This document shows, piece after piece, positions 31,867 through 42,480 of a stretch of DNA of 64,000 nucleotides (position 1 is its first letter; every line of letters begins with the position of its first letter). The stretch is from a candidate division WOR-3 bacterium. Its GTDB lineage: Bacteria > Hydrothermota > Tepidihabitantia > Tepidihabitantales > Tepidihabitantaceae. The stretch spans positions 32,001 through 96,000 of the forward strand of contig CBFGKH010000001.1 in NCBI GenBank assembly GCA_965649295.1, written 5' to 3'. The notes under the pieces are model-generated. The model did no database searches and was not told the origin of the DNA. It worked only from the letters and a program-made list of their open reading frames with translations. The position numbers were made by a program, and so were the translations under genes.

Positions 31867-32622
31867 CTAGTACTCTCCACGAGTGAAGAAGAAAACCGCA
31901 GCAGCGGTGGCAACAGCACCGAACAGGATCAAGAACCCGATATCGAACCACGGATTGTAGTACCCGAACCCAAGGACGAGTCTGCGAATCAGGTCCACAC
32001 CGTAGGTGAGCGGATTGATGCGAACAAGCAGCCGGAGCCACCACGGCAGATTAGTCGGCGGGAACATCGCTCCGGAAAGAAACCACATCGGCATGATGAT
32101 GAAGTTCATTATTGTGCCGAACCCCTGAAACGATGTCATCCGGGCGGCAATCACGATACCAATTCCGGTGAGCGCAAATGACATCACCATCATCACGCAG
32201 ATGAGCAACGGGATGCTGCCAAAGGCCAATCGAACGTGAACGAACGGCGCCAGCAGCAGGATGATACAGCCCTGAATCAAGGATAGGGTCGTCCCGGCGA
32301 GACCCTTGCCGATGACGATTGATGTCCGTGGCACCGGTGCCACAAGTATCTCCTTCAAGAAGCCAAACTCGCGATCCCAGATGATACTGATTGCCGACTG
32401 GATGGAGGTGAATATCGAGGTCATAGCGATAATACCGGGAAAGATGAACTGCGTGTAGTTGACGCTGCCAATCTGGCTATACGAGCCGCGCAGCCCCATT
32501 CCCAGAATGAAGAGCCAAAGTACCGGTCTGGTGATTGAGCCATAGAGCTGACTGCGCTCCCGGAAGTAACGGATGATATCTCGCTGCCAGACCATTTGGA
32601 TGCAGGCAAGGTCAAACACCAT
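31867..32622 (-). CDS. ABC-2 type exporter permease (DrrB-like)
   Basis: Six TM segments, DREFGFLKEILVAP, NPLTYGVD. Confidence 0.88.
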   Translation of the reverse strand: MVFDLACIQMVWQRDIIRYFRERSQLYGSITRPVLWLFILGMGLRGSYSQIGSVNYTQFIFPGIIAMTSIFTSIQSAISIIWDREFGFLKEILVAPVPRTSIVIGKGLAGTTLSLIQGCIILLLAPFVHVRLAFGSIPLLICVMMVMSFALTGIGIVIAARMTSFQGFGTIMNFIIMPMWFLSGAMFPPTNLPWWLRLLVRINPLTYGVDLIRRLVLGFGYYNPWFDIGFLILFGAVATAAAVFFFTRGEY

Positions 32623-32628
32623 TCGCTC

Positions 32629-33630
32629 CTAGCGCCAGGCTCGGCCCATCCGGCGCAACCCGCTCTTGAGCTTGTCAGCGCTGCTGGCCGAGTCATCACG
32701 GATTTCGCGGCCAGTCAGCTTGAGAAAGACATCGTCAAGAGTCGGCTGATGCACGGCAACCGCTATTACCGGCACCGACAGCTCGCGCACGAGCTTCGGC
32801 ACAAACTCAGCCCCGTCCTTCACCTCGAATCGGATAGCCTGGCCGTCGGTCTGTACCGCCACCCCATAGCGACTGCCTATCTCGGCTGCTGCTGCCGGAT
32901 TGTCAGCAGTGCGCAGGCTGATGACATCGCCCTGCACCTGCTCTTTCAGTGCGCGGGGCGTGTCGAGCGCAATTATCCGGCCACGGTCAATAATCGCGAT
33001 GCGATCACAATACTCGGCCTCGTCCATGTAGTGAGTTGTCAAAAAGAGTGTCACCCCCTGCTCGCGACGCAAGTGCAGCAGACGCTCCCAGATGCGGCTG
33101 CGCGTCTGCGGGTCTAGCCCAAGGGTCGGCTCGTCCAGAAAGAGCACGCGCGGCGAGTGAAGCAGACCCCGGGCAATCTCCAACCGCCGCTTCATCCCGC
33201 CTGAGAACTCCCGCACAAGGTCGTTAGCGCGGTCTAGTAGCTCCATCCAGTCCAGCGCCTGCCTGATGCGGCTGGCGACCTCGGCCTTGGGTACCTTATA
33301 GATCATCGCGTGAAACCGCAGGTTCTCCTGTGCGGTCAGCCGGTCGTCAAGCGAAGGATCCTGAAAGATAATGCCAATCGAACGCCTGACCTCGTTGTGC
33401 TGCACAACCACGTCGGCTCCCACAACCCGAGCCTGACCAGCGCTGGGCCGAGTCAGCGTACAGAGCATCCGCACGGTCGTAGTCTTGCCGGCGCCGTTAG
33501 GGCCAAGAAACCCAAACAACTCGCCGGCCCGGACGTCAAATGAGACCTGATTCACTGCCACAAAATCCCTGAACTCCTTAGTCAGGCTGAGAACCTCAAT
33601 GCTCTTTTCAGTGACAGGTGATTGCGCCAT
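32629..33630 (-). CDS. ABC exporter ATP-binding protein (DrrA-like)
   Basis: GPNGAGKT, FSGGMKRRLE, DEPT, TTHY; start moved to ATG 33630 behind TTGAAC-N16-TACAAT. Confidence 0.9.
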   Translation of the reverse strand: MAQSPVTEKSIEVLSLTKEFRDFVAVNQVSFDVRAGELFGFLGPNGAGKTTTVRMLCTLTRPSAGQARVVGADVVVQHNEVRRSIGIIFQDPSLDDRLTAQENLRFHAMIYKVPKAEVASRIRQALDWMELLDRANDLVREFSGGMKRRLEIARGLLHSPRVLFLDEPTLGLDPQTRSRIWERLLHLRREQGVTLFLTTHYMDEAEYCDRIAIIDRGRIIALDTPRALKEQVQGDVISLRTADNPAAAAEIGSRYGVAVQTDGQAIRFEVKDGAEFVPKLVRELSVPVIAVAVHQPTLDDVFLKLTGREIRDDSASSADKLKSGLRRMGRAWR

Positions 33631-33665
33631 TGGCAGGGTTGATTGTAGTAAACCGCTGTCGCGGT

Positions 33666-34550
33666 TCAACCGGCAACCTCGGCCTGCATCTCGTCGGATA
33701 TTGCAAGGTAGATGCCGGTGCAGACGATGGTGCCGCCGAGTATCTCGAAGCTGGTCGGCGGTGACTTGAGAATCAGCCACGCCAGCAGGGTTGTGCCGAC
33801 TGGCTCACCCAGCACCGCCATTGCCACTGCCGGTGCTGAGATGTACCGCAGCGCCCAGTTAAAACTAGTATGGCCAAGCAGTTGCGGCCCAAGCGCCATC
33901 AGGAGAATAAAGAGCCATGTCAGCGGCTTGTAGCCGCTAAACCGCTGGCCTGCGGCCAAAGCGACTAGCACAAGGATAACCGCAGCAACTCCATAGATAA
34001 CATAGATGTACGATGTGAGCGACAACCGTTGCCTGACCCGTCGGCCTGCCATCAAGTAACCGCCGGCACAGGCCGCACCGCCAAGCGCCAGCAGATTGCC
34101 GACAGTTGAACCAGCTGAAGACAGTTGTGGCCCGGCGATGACCGCGGCGCCGACCGCTCCAAGAACAACAGCCAGCACGATGCGCCAGGATACTTTCTCA
34201 CGCAGGATGATTGGTGACAAGACAGCAACGAAAATTGGATTCATCGCCACGAGCACGACCGAACTGGCCACGCTGGTGCGATTGAGCGACTCAATCCAGA
34301 GGGCAAAGTGCGCGGCCAGAAGCACACCAGCCAGAAGCAACGGCCACCACGGAATCCTGACCAGCTCCTGCCTACGAGTCGGCCAGCGGGCAAAGAAGAT
34401 GGGCGTCAATACCAGCGTGGCGATTCCCATACGTGCTGCTGCTATCACGATGCTCGGTGCCGGGGTGAGCTTGATGAGAATTGAGGCAAATGAGAGCACG
34501 ACAACACCGGCCCCAAGTCCCGCCAGAACTCGTACCCGCGACACAGCCAT
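33666..34550 (-). CDS. DMT/EamA family transporter
   Basis: Ten hydrophobic helices in two repeats, GEPVG motif. Confidence 0.85.
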   Translation of the reverse strand: MAVSRVRVLAGLGAGVVVLSFASILIKLTPAPSIVIAAARMGIATLVLTPIFFARWPTRRQELVRIPWWPLLLAGVLLAAHFALWIESLNRTSVASSVVLVAMNPIFVAVLSPIILREKVSWRIVLAVVLGAVGAAVIAGPQLSSAGSTVGNLLALGGAACAGGYLMAGRRVRQRLSLTSYIYVIYGVAAVILVLVALAAGQRFSGYKPLTWLFILLMALGPQLLGHTSFNWALRYISAPAVAMAVLGEPVGTTLLAWLILKSPPTSFEILGGTIVCTGIYLAISDEMQAEVAG

Positions 34551-34560
34551 CGCTACACTC

Positions 34561-36915
34561 TCACGGCAGAATGGCTGCTGTCAAGGCAGGCTTCATCCGC
34601 ATCAACGAGGGTCTGTTCGGGCCGAACCGGATAATGAACCCACCGTCGCGTCGAGTATTGATATAATCAATATCGCTGTCGGCGAATCGCTGCTCAAGCC
34701 GGGCCGGAGTTGGATACCGTCCCATGACCACCACGTGCTTCGGTTGCACCAAAAGAAAGAGCGAGTCAGGATTGCCTTTGCGGCTACCGTGATGGGGTGA
34801 CTTGAGCAAGTCAGCCTGGCCGCTACTGCGCCACCATTCGCCTTCCGCATCGCCAGTGAGTAGCATCACAAAGCCAGCGTGCTCCACCCGCGCGACCAAC
34901 GAGACACTGTTGGTCGGCAGCAACCCTGCCTCGTAGAGACCAACATCAGCTGGCTGTGGTGCAACGAACCGTACCGAGAAACCGAATCCACAGAGGCTGT
35001 CTCCAGCCCGGACCGCTTCAATAACGGTACCCTGCGCTCGTAATCGCGCAAGCAACTGGTCGTAGCCTGAATCACGACTGAAGAGCGTCGGCACGAGCAG
35101 CCGCTCAATCTTCACTCGTTCCGGCAGGTCCAGCAGCCCGCCATAATGGTCGCGGTCTGGATGGGTGACAACAGCCGCGGCGATGCGATGCACACCTCGG
35201 CTGCGCAGGAAGTCGCGCAAGATACCCGGCCCGTCAATACCAGCATCGAAGAGAACACATCTACCCAGGCTATCTGACAAGATCACGGCGTCGCCCCTGT
35301 CTGGATCAAGAAAGACGGCTTCGGTTACAGGCCGGCGCAAGCTATAGCTCCAAAGACCAAACCCGACACCGATGGCAACCAGCAGAAGGAAGAGCCGCCG
35401 TGCCCAGCGGCGCTGCCAGCCAAGCAAGAGCAGCACTGTTGCGTAACACCACAATACCCAAGGCCAGGCAAGCCTGCCCGGTTCCCAGATTGCCCAGTCC
35501 ATTCGACCAAGAACCGTGCCAAGCTTCAATACGAACCAAAGCACAAGCCACAGCGACTGGGCGACAATTCCGGCCAGCCCGGCCCAGATTGCCCGCGCGA
35601 CCAGCACCAGCAAGCCCAGCGGCACTGCTAGACCAACAAGCACCGACACAAGAAAGGTAGAAAGAAACGCCAGCGGCTGCACCCGATAGAAGTGATGTAG
35701 CAGCAGCGGCGCGGTAACTACAGTCGCTGTCATTGAAACACCCATTGGCAGCCAGATGTAACGCTTCAACCAGCGCCCGAATCCTGCCTCGACCTGAATC
35801 CGGCCCAGACGTTCCGAGGCGATAACTATTCCTGCAGTCGCTACAAAAGAAAGCTGTGCGCCCACATCGAATAACGACAGTGGGTCTATGAGCAACAGGA
35901 CTATTCCGACCGAACAGAGTGTCGCCAAGGTCGAAACGCGGCGTTGAAGCTGCATCCCTAACAGCCAGAGCATTGCCATCAGTCCGGCCCGAGCCGGTGC
36001 TGCTGACCAGCCGCAGAGCGATACATACAGCACGACGACCGCCAAGGTTATCCCGAACCTCCACCAGCCTCTGATGCCGGCCACTGCTAGTAGAGTCCAG
36101 ACTACACCGATGACGATGGCGACGTTCATACCCGAAACCGCCAGGATGTGCAAAATCCCGGCATCAGTGAACGCAATCCTGGTCTCCTCGGGCAACCCGG
36201 CACTACCGCCGAGTAGCAATCCGTTCATAAGACCGGCTTCTGCCGGCGGCAGATACCGAGCAAAGGTCGCCCGAATGAAACGGCCAAGAGGCATGACTAC
36301 CAGCCGCAGCCAGACTGAGCCGCGATTGCAGCCAATCACTGCTACTTGGCTAGCGCTAGCATTCGTTGTGCCAACAAATCCCTGGCGCTGATAGTACTCG
36401 TTTCTGTCCGGTAGCCCAGGGTTACGCGGATAGTCAAGTGGCCTTACTCTGGCACTAATTCGTACCATGTCACCATACTTCAGCGCTAGCGAGTCTTGAG
36501 ACCAGACGCGCACCTTCCCATGCCAGGGGCGGTCAAGACTGACAACTACTGCCCAATAGTCAGCACCAGCCGGCTCCTCAACTACCACGCCGACGAAACT
36601 TGAGGCTGCATAGAGACTTGGGTCAACTGTCACTGGTTTGCGGAAACCAACATAGAGCGCACCGGCAGCAAGCACAGCAAGATACAGCGATAGCCCACGC
36701 GTCACAAGTGTGCCTGCCAGCGCAACAAACGCCACCAAAGCAGGAACCCACCACGGCAGCGGCAAGGCACGTCCAATAGCAATCCCGGTCGCCAGTGCCA
36801 GAAGCACTCGCGCGGCCGCATGACGTAGGCCAAGCCTTGCCTCGGACAGACCAAACATGGCATCGAGCCTAGACCCAGCAGACGAACAGTCAAGCAGTTG
36901 CGGCCAATGTCGCAC
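34561..36915 (-). CDS. comEC: ComEC/Rec2 DNA internalisation channel
   Basis: OB region, HILAVSGMN, GAQLSF, metallo-beta-lactamase domain THPDRDH, LTGD, PHHGS. Confidence 0.9.
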   Translation of the reverse strand: MRHWPQLLDCSSAGSRLDAMFGLSEARLGLRHAAARVLLALATGIAIGRALPLPWWVPALVAFVALAGTLVTRGLSLYLAVLAAGALYVGFRKPVTVDPSLYAASSFVGVVVEEPAGADYWAVVVSLDRPWHGKVRVWSQDSLALKYGDMVRISARVRPLDYPRNPGLPDRNEYYQRQGFVGTTNASASQVAVIGCNRGSVWLRLVVMPLGRFIRATFARYLPPAEAGLMNGLLLGGSAGLPEETRIAFTDAGILHILAVSGMNVAIVIGVVWTLLAVAGIRGWWRFGITLAVVVLYVSLCGWSAAPARAGLMAMLWLLGMQLQRRVSTLATLCSVGIVLLLIDPLSLFDVGAQLSFVATAGIVIASERLGRIQVEAGFGRWLKRYIWLPMGVSMTATVVTAPLLLHHFYRVQPLAFLSTFLVSVLVGLAVPLGLLVLVARAIWAGLAGIVAQSLWLVLWFVLKLGTVLGRMDWAIWEPGRLAWPWVLWCYATVLLLLGWQRRWARRLFLLLVAIGVGFGLWSYSLRRPVTEAVFLDPDRGDAVILSDSLGRCVLFDAGIDGPGILRDFLRSRGVHRIAAAVVTHPDRDHYGGLLDLPERVKIERLLVPTLFSRDSGYDQLLARLRAQGTVIEAVRAGDSLCGFGFSVRFVAPQPADVGLYEAGLLPTNSVSLVARVEHAGFVMLLTGDAEGEWWRSSGQADLLKSPHHGSRKGNPDSLFLLVQPKHVVVMGRYPTPARLEQRFADSDIDYINTRRDGGFIIRFGPNRPSLMRMKPALTAAILP

Positions 36916-36939
36916 CTATCCATCCCACACGAGAGAAGT

Positions 36940-36968
36940 TTGACATTCCGCCACTTGTGGAGTAGACT
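36940..36968 (+). promoter_or_regulatory. Sigma70-type promoter for the 36980-45762 operon
   Basis: TTGACA-N17-TAGACT. Confidence 0.65.
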
Positions 36969-36979
36969 TTCCCGTCAGC

Positions 36980-38701
36980 TTGATGAGCGCAATACTGACG
37001 CTGGGTTTACTACTGGGGATGCACCTCGGTCAATCCGAGCTGCCGCCTAATCCGCCTGTTCCTGCTGCTCCGTTCCGCCTCGCGTCCTTTGTTTTCCAGC
37101 GACTGCCATCGTTTGCCTATGCCGGCGAACCGTTTGCCGTGGTCATCGAGACTCGCGACGAGGTTGGCCAACCCTATCCATATTCAGGCCTTGCTCGAAT
37201 CTCGACGACACTGGACCAGAACTTTGTCTATGTTACGCCAACCCAGGTTTCATTCCTAAATGGTCGCTGCAGCACCTACCTAAGTCTCACTCTCGCTGAC
37301 ACCCTCCAGCTGCGCTGCTCTGACCCAGGCAACCAGGTGACCAGCACCAGTGCACCGATTGAGGTCTTTCCCGGCCTGCCCAGCCGGTTTCTCACTGTCA
37401 TGCCTGGTGAAGAACTGGCACCCGGTTCGCCGACCGGTCGTCGGATAGCGCCCGATGCCCACATTGCCGGTGACACGTTCTCCTTTGATGTCTATGTCAC
37501 CGACTCGTGCTTCAACGTCATCCGAACTCGCCAGGATAGTGTTACTTTTTCGGCAACTGACAACTTTTCCCGGCTGCCGACTGGCGGTCGTCTGACCAAC
37601 GGTCAGGGACGGTTCACCGCCGCGATTCGAACTGCCGGTACTCATCGGCTTCGCACCCGGGCAGCTGAGTCGTCCCCAATCCGGCCCGACACATCATCAC
37701 CGTTCGCAGTCCTGCCTGGCGGTTATCAGCAACTGCAGCTCCTTCTGCCTGGAGAACAACTGCTGCCCGGTGACACCACCACTTCGATCTGGCAGACACC
37801 TGGGAAGTCAGGCACACCGACACCTCAGTTTCTGCGCACACCGTTTCCGGTTCGGGTAGTCGCCTGCGACCGCTGCTGGAATCGGACCACTGGACTTGGC
37901 GACACAATAACCCTCAACTCCAACTCGGTCATTAGTTTCACCCCAACAATGGCAGTGCTCGACGATAGCGCGGTGCTATCGCTTGAGTTCGGCACAGCCG
38001 GACCAAGCCAGACCATTCGCGCCGTCAGCACCAGAACTGGCCGGGCTTCATACTGGAACTACATTGAGATACGTGCCCGCGGCGCCCGCCTGTTCGTTCG
38101 GGCACCGGACACTGTTCGGGCCGGCGAGACCACCCACGTTGAAGTCACAGTTCTTGATGCCAATTCCAACCCAGTAGTGGCAACCCGTTGTGACTTCCAG
38201 GTTACATCCGGCCGGGGTGAGATACTCGACCCAGCCCTGTTGACCGACACCCTTGGTCGCTGCCAGGCCCGTTTTCTCTGCTCGCGGGCGGTTTTCACTG
38301 AGACGGACTCAATTCGTATCCGCTCTGGCACTGCTGATACAACCATCGCCATCGCCGTCACCGTTCCCGATAGCGCAGTAATGAAAGGCCAGGTTGTAGC
38401 ATTCCCTAACCCATTTGGCAACCCATCCGGTAACCGCACCTCTACCGTCTTGACCTACAATCTACCCTACGGCGCTGACGTGACGCTAATGATTCATGAC
38501 CCCTTCGGCAACGAAGTCCTCACCCGCCGCTTCACCCGTAACCAGCCTGGCGCTCTTGCTGGCATCAACCAGGTTCGCTGGGACGGAACCAACAGTCAGG
38601 GGCGCCGTGTTGCCAGCGGTATCTATTCGGTGCTGGTAATCGCCCAATCGCACACTGGCATTGCCTATCGTGGCACAACCCGCGTCGGAGTCGTATGGTA
38701 G
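36980..38701 (+). CDS. Secreted Ig-like repeat protein with FlgD-Ig/CTD-like C-terminus
   Basis: Signal peptide; repeated PGE motif; FPNPF...WDGTNSQGRRVASGIY. Confidence 0.7.
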   Translation: MMSAILTLGLLLGMHLGQSELPPNPPVPAAPFRLASFVFQRLPSFAYAGEPFAVVIETRDEVGQPYPYSGLARISTTLDQNFVYVTPTQVSFLNGRCSTYLSLTLADTLQLRCSDPGNQVTSTSAPIEVFPGLPSRFLTVMPGEELAPGSPTGRRIAPDAHIAGDTFSFDVYVTDSCFNVIRTRQDSVTFSATDNFSRLPTGGRLTNGQGRFTAAIRTAGTHRLRTRAAESSPIRPDTSSPFAVLPGGYQQLQLLLPGEQLLPGDTTTSIWQTPGKSGTPTPQFLRTPFPVRVVACDRCWNRTTGLGDTITLNSNSVISFTPTMAVLDDSAVLSLEFGTAGPSQTIRAVSTRTGRASYWNYIEIRARGARLFVRAPDTVRAGETTHVEVTVLDANSNPVVATRCDFQVTSGRGEILDPALLTDTLGRCQARFLCSRAVFTETDSIRIRSGTADTTIAIAVTVPDSAVMKGQVVAFPNPFGNPSGNRTSTVLTYNLPYGADVTLMIHDPFGNEVLTRRFTRNQPGALAGINQVRWDGTNSQGRRVASGIYSVLVIAQSHTGIAYRGTTRVGVVW

Positions 38702-39987
38702 CTCGGCTTAGTCTGTTGCTCATTGCCACCTTCGCCTTCGCCAGTGAAGGTGGACTGGCCGGTGCCTTCCTTGACTATGGTGCTGGGCCGCGCAGTCTGG
38801 CAATGGGACGTGCCTTCGGCGCGGTCGCTGACGATGCCCAGGCCGGTTACTTCAACCCCGCCGGACTCTTCCAGCTCAACGCCCAGGAAGTCATTCTTGC
38901 CCATTCCCAGCTCTATGGTGCCAGGATGGAATACATCGCCTATGCTTTACCGACTCGCGGCCTGGGCACCTTCGGTCTCGTCCTCATCAACTACGGCGCC
39001 GAAGGTATCGAATCGCGCACGCCCGAAAACAACCGCTACCAGAACTACATCTTTGCCGAGAACGCCTATCTTGCTTCGTATGCTTACAACCCCTGGCCTT
39101 TTCTTGGCTTTGGTGCCAATCTGAAGCTTGTCACCAAGAACCTCGCTGAATACGCTGACGTCAGCGTGGGAGCTGATGTCGGTGCCCTATTACTCTGGCC
39201 AAGACCACTAAGCTTTGCCTTATCGGTCCAGAATCTGATACAACCCAGCCTCCAGCTCGCGAACATCGCCGACATCTACCCGCGCGGCCTGCGTGCTGGC
39301 AGTGCGGTGCGTCTGCTTGGTGGCCGGGCAGTCATCGCCATGGACGCGACGATGCCACTCCTTCAGGAAGCTGACCCAGTCACCGGCTATCTGACCAACC
39401 GCTTCGTACCCCGTCCAGTGCTGCACGGTGGGGTCGAGTTTGCGCTTGTTCCCGGGGTACTCATCCAACGTATCGGTATTGACCCGGACTACATAACCTT
39501 TGGCCTTGGGATTCACAAGTCCTGGGGTCGCATGGGCATTGGCGTTGACTACGCGGTGCTCTTACACCACCGTTCTGACTATCTAATGACGCCTACCCAC
39601 AAACTCGGGGCCTTCCTCTCATTTGCCGGATTCCGGGTCTGGATTGATGCCCAGCCCTCGCTGTTCAGCCCAACGCCTGAAGATAAACAGAACGTCCTCT
39701 GGATGGACGTTCGCCTGATGACCAGGGCCGCGGTCAAACGCTGGCAGGTACTAATCAAAAATCATCTCGGTGAAGTCGTCCGCTCCTACAGTGGCTGGGA
39801 CCAGCCGCCGCTGCGGCTCACTTGGGACGGCCTTGATGATGCTGGCCGACTGGTGGCTGACGGCCGCTACAGCTACGACATCGTCGTCGTTGACCAGCGC
39901 GACCGCTCGCTTAACTTCAGCGGCAGCCTGACCGAAGTCCGAACCCGCGGCCCTGAGGGCCGCTTCGAGATTCGCCCGAACCAGTAA
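38695..39987 (+). CDS. PorV-like beta-barrel with C-terminal FlgD-Ig domain
   Basis: AFLDYGAGPRSLAMG..ADD..YFNPAGL; C-terminal WDGLDDAGRLVADGRY. Confidence 0.75.
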   Translation: MVARLSLLLIATFAFASEGGLAGAFLDYGAGPRSLAMGRAFGAVADDAQAGYFNPAGLFQLNAQEVILAHSQLYGARMEYIAYALPTRGLGTFGLVLINYGAEGIESRTPENNRYQNYIFAENAYLASYAYNPWPFLGFGANLKLVTKNLAEYADVSVGADVGALLLWPRPLSFALSVQNLIQPSLQLANIADIYPRGLRAGSAVRLLGGRAVIAMDATMPLLQEADPVTGYLTNRFVPRPVLHGGVEFALVPGVLIQRIGIDPDYITFGLGIHKSWGRMGIGVDYAVLLHHRSDYLMTPTHKLGAFLSFAGFRVWIDAQPSLFSPTPEDKQNVLWMDVRLMTRAAVKRWQVLIKNHLGEVVRSYSGWDQPPLRLTWDGLDDAGRLVADGRYSYDIVVVDQRDRSLNFSGSLTEVRTRGPEGRFEIRPNQ

Positions 39988-39993
39988 CTGACA

Positions 39994-42480
39994 ATGACCG
40001 CGCTGCTCATCCTTGCGCTCGTTAGCGCACTTAGCCAGACCCAACTCCGTTCACTTGTTGAACGGTACAATCAGGCTCAAACCGCCATTGAGTCTCAAGA
40101 CTACAACCGGGCCGGTGGGATACTGGGCGGGCTCGTTCGGGAGTATGGCAAGAGTGAGTTCGGCGATGAACTGCGCTATGCGCAGGCTGAGACCTATTTC
40201 AACCTTGGCCGTTACGAACAAGCACACAGCCTGTTTGCCAGCATCCTTGATCGGACTCAGTATAGCTATATCAAACCCGAAGCCATGTATGGTCTGGCCA
40301 TATCAGCGATAATGCTCGGCAACTATCGTGAGGCCCAACTAACCCTGGAGCGGCTGGCCAAGCAGCCTGGTTATGACAAAGACAGCCGGACCAACTTTGC
40401 AGCCGGTGTGCTCTACTACTTCCAACGCGATTACGACCAGGCTATCGCCCGGCTGACCGGCGTCGAGTTACCCGAAGCCAAGTTCTTTCTCGCCAAGAGC
40501 CTCGCCCAGACCCGCAAGCCACTGCCGGCCCTGCTCAAGTTCCGCGAGATTGCTACTGACGTGCCGAATACGCCACTGGCAACTATGGCCCATTTCGCGG
40601 CTGGCCAGGCCTTGTTCCTCAACCATGACTACGACGGCGCTCGGGCAAAGCTCCAGTTCTTCATTGATAACTTCCCGTTCTCACCGCTGGCTGATTATGC
40701 GAGCTATTACCTGGGCTGCGCCCTAATTGCCCAGAAGCAGTATGCGGCGGCTGCCGACCGGCTGCTGCCGCTCACTCGGCATCAGAACAACATCCTCGCT
40801 GCCCATGCCAACTACTTCATCGGTCAGACCGACCTGGCGCTAGGCCAGGCCCAACGGGCAGTTGAACGGTTCCAGCGCGTCCGGGCCAACTTTCCAAAGA
40901 CCAAGGTCGCCAGCTTTGCTAACCTCCAGCTCGCTCAAGCCATGCTCGCCACCGCCGATACAATGCAGACCCTGCTTGCCACCAGTCAACTGGCAACGAT
41001 GTTCCGTACCGGTGAACTGTCCGGCGTTGGCAACTACTTGTCTGGCGTCATCTGCTATCAGCTCGGCCAGTATCAGCAGGCAGCCGAGCAGTTCGAAAAC
41101 ATCCTCACGACCTATGCGCAGACTGCCTTGCGCGAGCCAGCCTGCGCGATGCTGCTCCTCGCCTACAACAGCGCTGGCCAGTTCGAAAAAGCAGTAGCAA
41201 TTGGCGCCAAGTATGTTGCCGACTATCCTGAGGACACGACCGGTTGGCGCGCCCGCACACTCTACTTTCTCGCCGAAGGCCTGTATTACGACCGCAAGTA
41301 CAGCGAAGCCGACGCCTATTACCAGCAGGCCTACACCCATCCAGCCGGGTCCGACATCGCCGCTTATGCACGGCTCGGCCGCTGCTACTGCCTCTATCAC
41401 AACGGCCGCCTGAACGAGGCTGCCAGCGGATTTCAGGGACTGCTCAACGCCCGACTCGCCGACACCCTCTTCACGATCAGCGCCTACCTAGGCTACGGCT
41501 ACACACTGTTCAACCAAAAGGAATACCTCAAAGCCCTCGACGTCTTCGAACCACTACTAGCGACATTTCCCGACAAGCCGCTGGCTGGCATTCCTGGCTA
41601 CTTCTACGCCGGCTACTGCTACTATCAGCTTCAGTACTACGGCCAGGCAGTCGAAACCTGGACTCAGCTCCTGACCCGCTACCCAGAAAAGAATCCGAAG
41701 GCTGCCGAAGCCGCTTTTCGCACCGGTGACACCTATTTCAAGGCGCTCGAATACGACAAGGCCATCGCCACTTTCAACTTCGTAATCGAGCGCTACCCCT
41801 TCTCTGAGTTCGGCCCGCCCGCACAGGCACTGATTGCCCAATGCTACTACAACCGCAAGCAGTTCCTTGACGCAGTGCGCGAGTACCAGAAGTTCCTCGA
41901 CCTCTATCCGTCCGACCCACAGGTCCCGAGTGTCCGCCGCAGCCTGGAAATGAGCTACTATCTGGCTGGCCAGCAAGACTCAGCGGTCATGGACGACTTC
42001 CTTCGTCGTTTCCCCACCTCTGAGCTCGCTGCCGAGGGCCAGTATAACCGCGGCAAAGCACTCTACGACGCCGGCAACTACGAGGCTGCGATTGCCGAAC
42101 TCCAGCAGGCCGTTGTCAACTTCCCTGGCTCGGCGATTGCTGGCGACGCTCAACTGCTCACTGCCGAGGCCTACTCCCAGCTTGGTCGCTGGCCCGAAGC
42201 CGCGCTCGCCTACGAGAAGTATTTCGCCTACTTCCCCAACCACGAGCAACGCGCCGGCGCCACCTTCAATCTTGCCTCTGCCTACTTCAATGCCGGCGAA
42301 TACCAAAAGAGTCTCGACCGATTCCAGCAGGTGATAGACTCATTCCCGGAATCGGAGTACGTTGAGAGTGCCCGGGCCAACGTTGCCCTGGCCCGCCGTC
42401 GCCTCGGCGCCGCCGTCGGCGGCGAAGCCATGCCCAACGAGACACCGCTTCCGCCAACCCAAGGAGAAACAAAGCAATGA
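39994..42480 (+). CDS. Large periplasmic TPR protein (BamD/CpoB-like repeats)
   Basis: Signal peptide; tandem TPRs ending in YP/FP throughout. Confidence 0.85.
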   Translation: MTALLILALVSALSQTQLRSLVERYNQAQTAIESQDYNRAGGILGGLVREYGKSEFGDELRYAQAETYFNLGRYEQAHSLFASILDRTQYSYIKPEAMYGLAISAIMLGNYREAQLTLERLAKQPGYDKDSRTNFAAGVLYYFQRDYDQAIARLTGVELPEAKFFLAKSLAQTRKPLPALLKFREIATDVPNTPLATMAHFAAGQALFLNHDYDGARAKLQFFIDNFPFSPLADYASYYLGCALIAQKQYAAAADRLLPLTRHQNNILAAHANYFIGQTDLALGQAQRAVERFQRVRANFPKTKVASFANLQLAQAMLATADTMQTLLATSQLATMFRTGELSGVGNYLSGVICYQLGQYQQAAEQFENILTTYAQTALREPACAMLLLAYNSAGQFEKAVAIGAKYVADYPEDTTGWRARTLYFLAEGLYYDRKYSEADAYYQQAYTHPAGSDIAAYARLGRCYCLYHNGRLNEAASGFQGLLNARLADTLFTISAYLGYGYTLFNQKEYLKALDVFEPLLATFPDKPLAGIPGYFYAGYCYYQLQYYGQAVETWTQLLTRYPEKNPKAAEAAFRTGDTYFKALEYDKAIATFNFVIERYPFSEFGPPAQALIAQCYYNRKQFLDAVREYQKFLDLYPSDPQVPSVRRSLEMSYYLAGQQDSAVMDDFLRRFPTSELAAEGQYNRGKALYDAGNYEAAIAELQQAVVNFPGSAIAGDAQLLTAEAYSQLGRWPEAALAYEKYFAYFPNHEQRAGATFNLASAYFNAGEYQKSLDRFQQVIDSFPESEYVESARANVALARRRLGAAVGGEAMPNETPLPPTQGETKQ

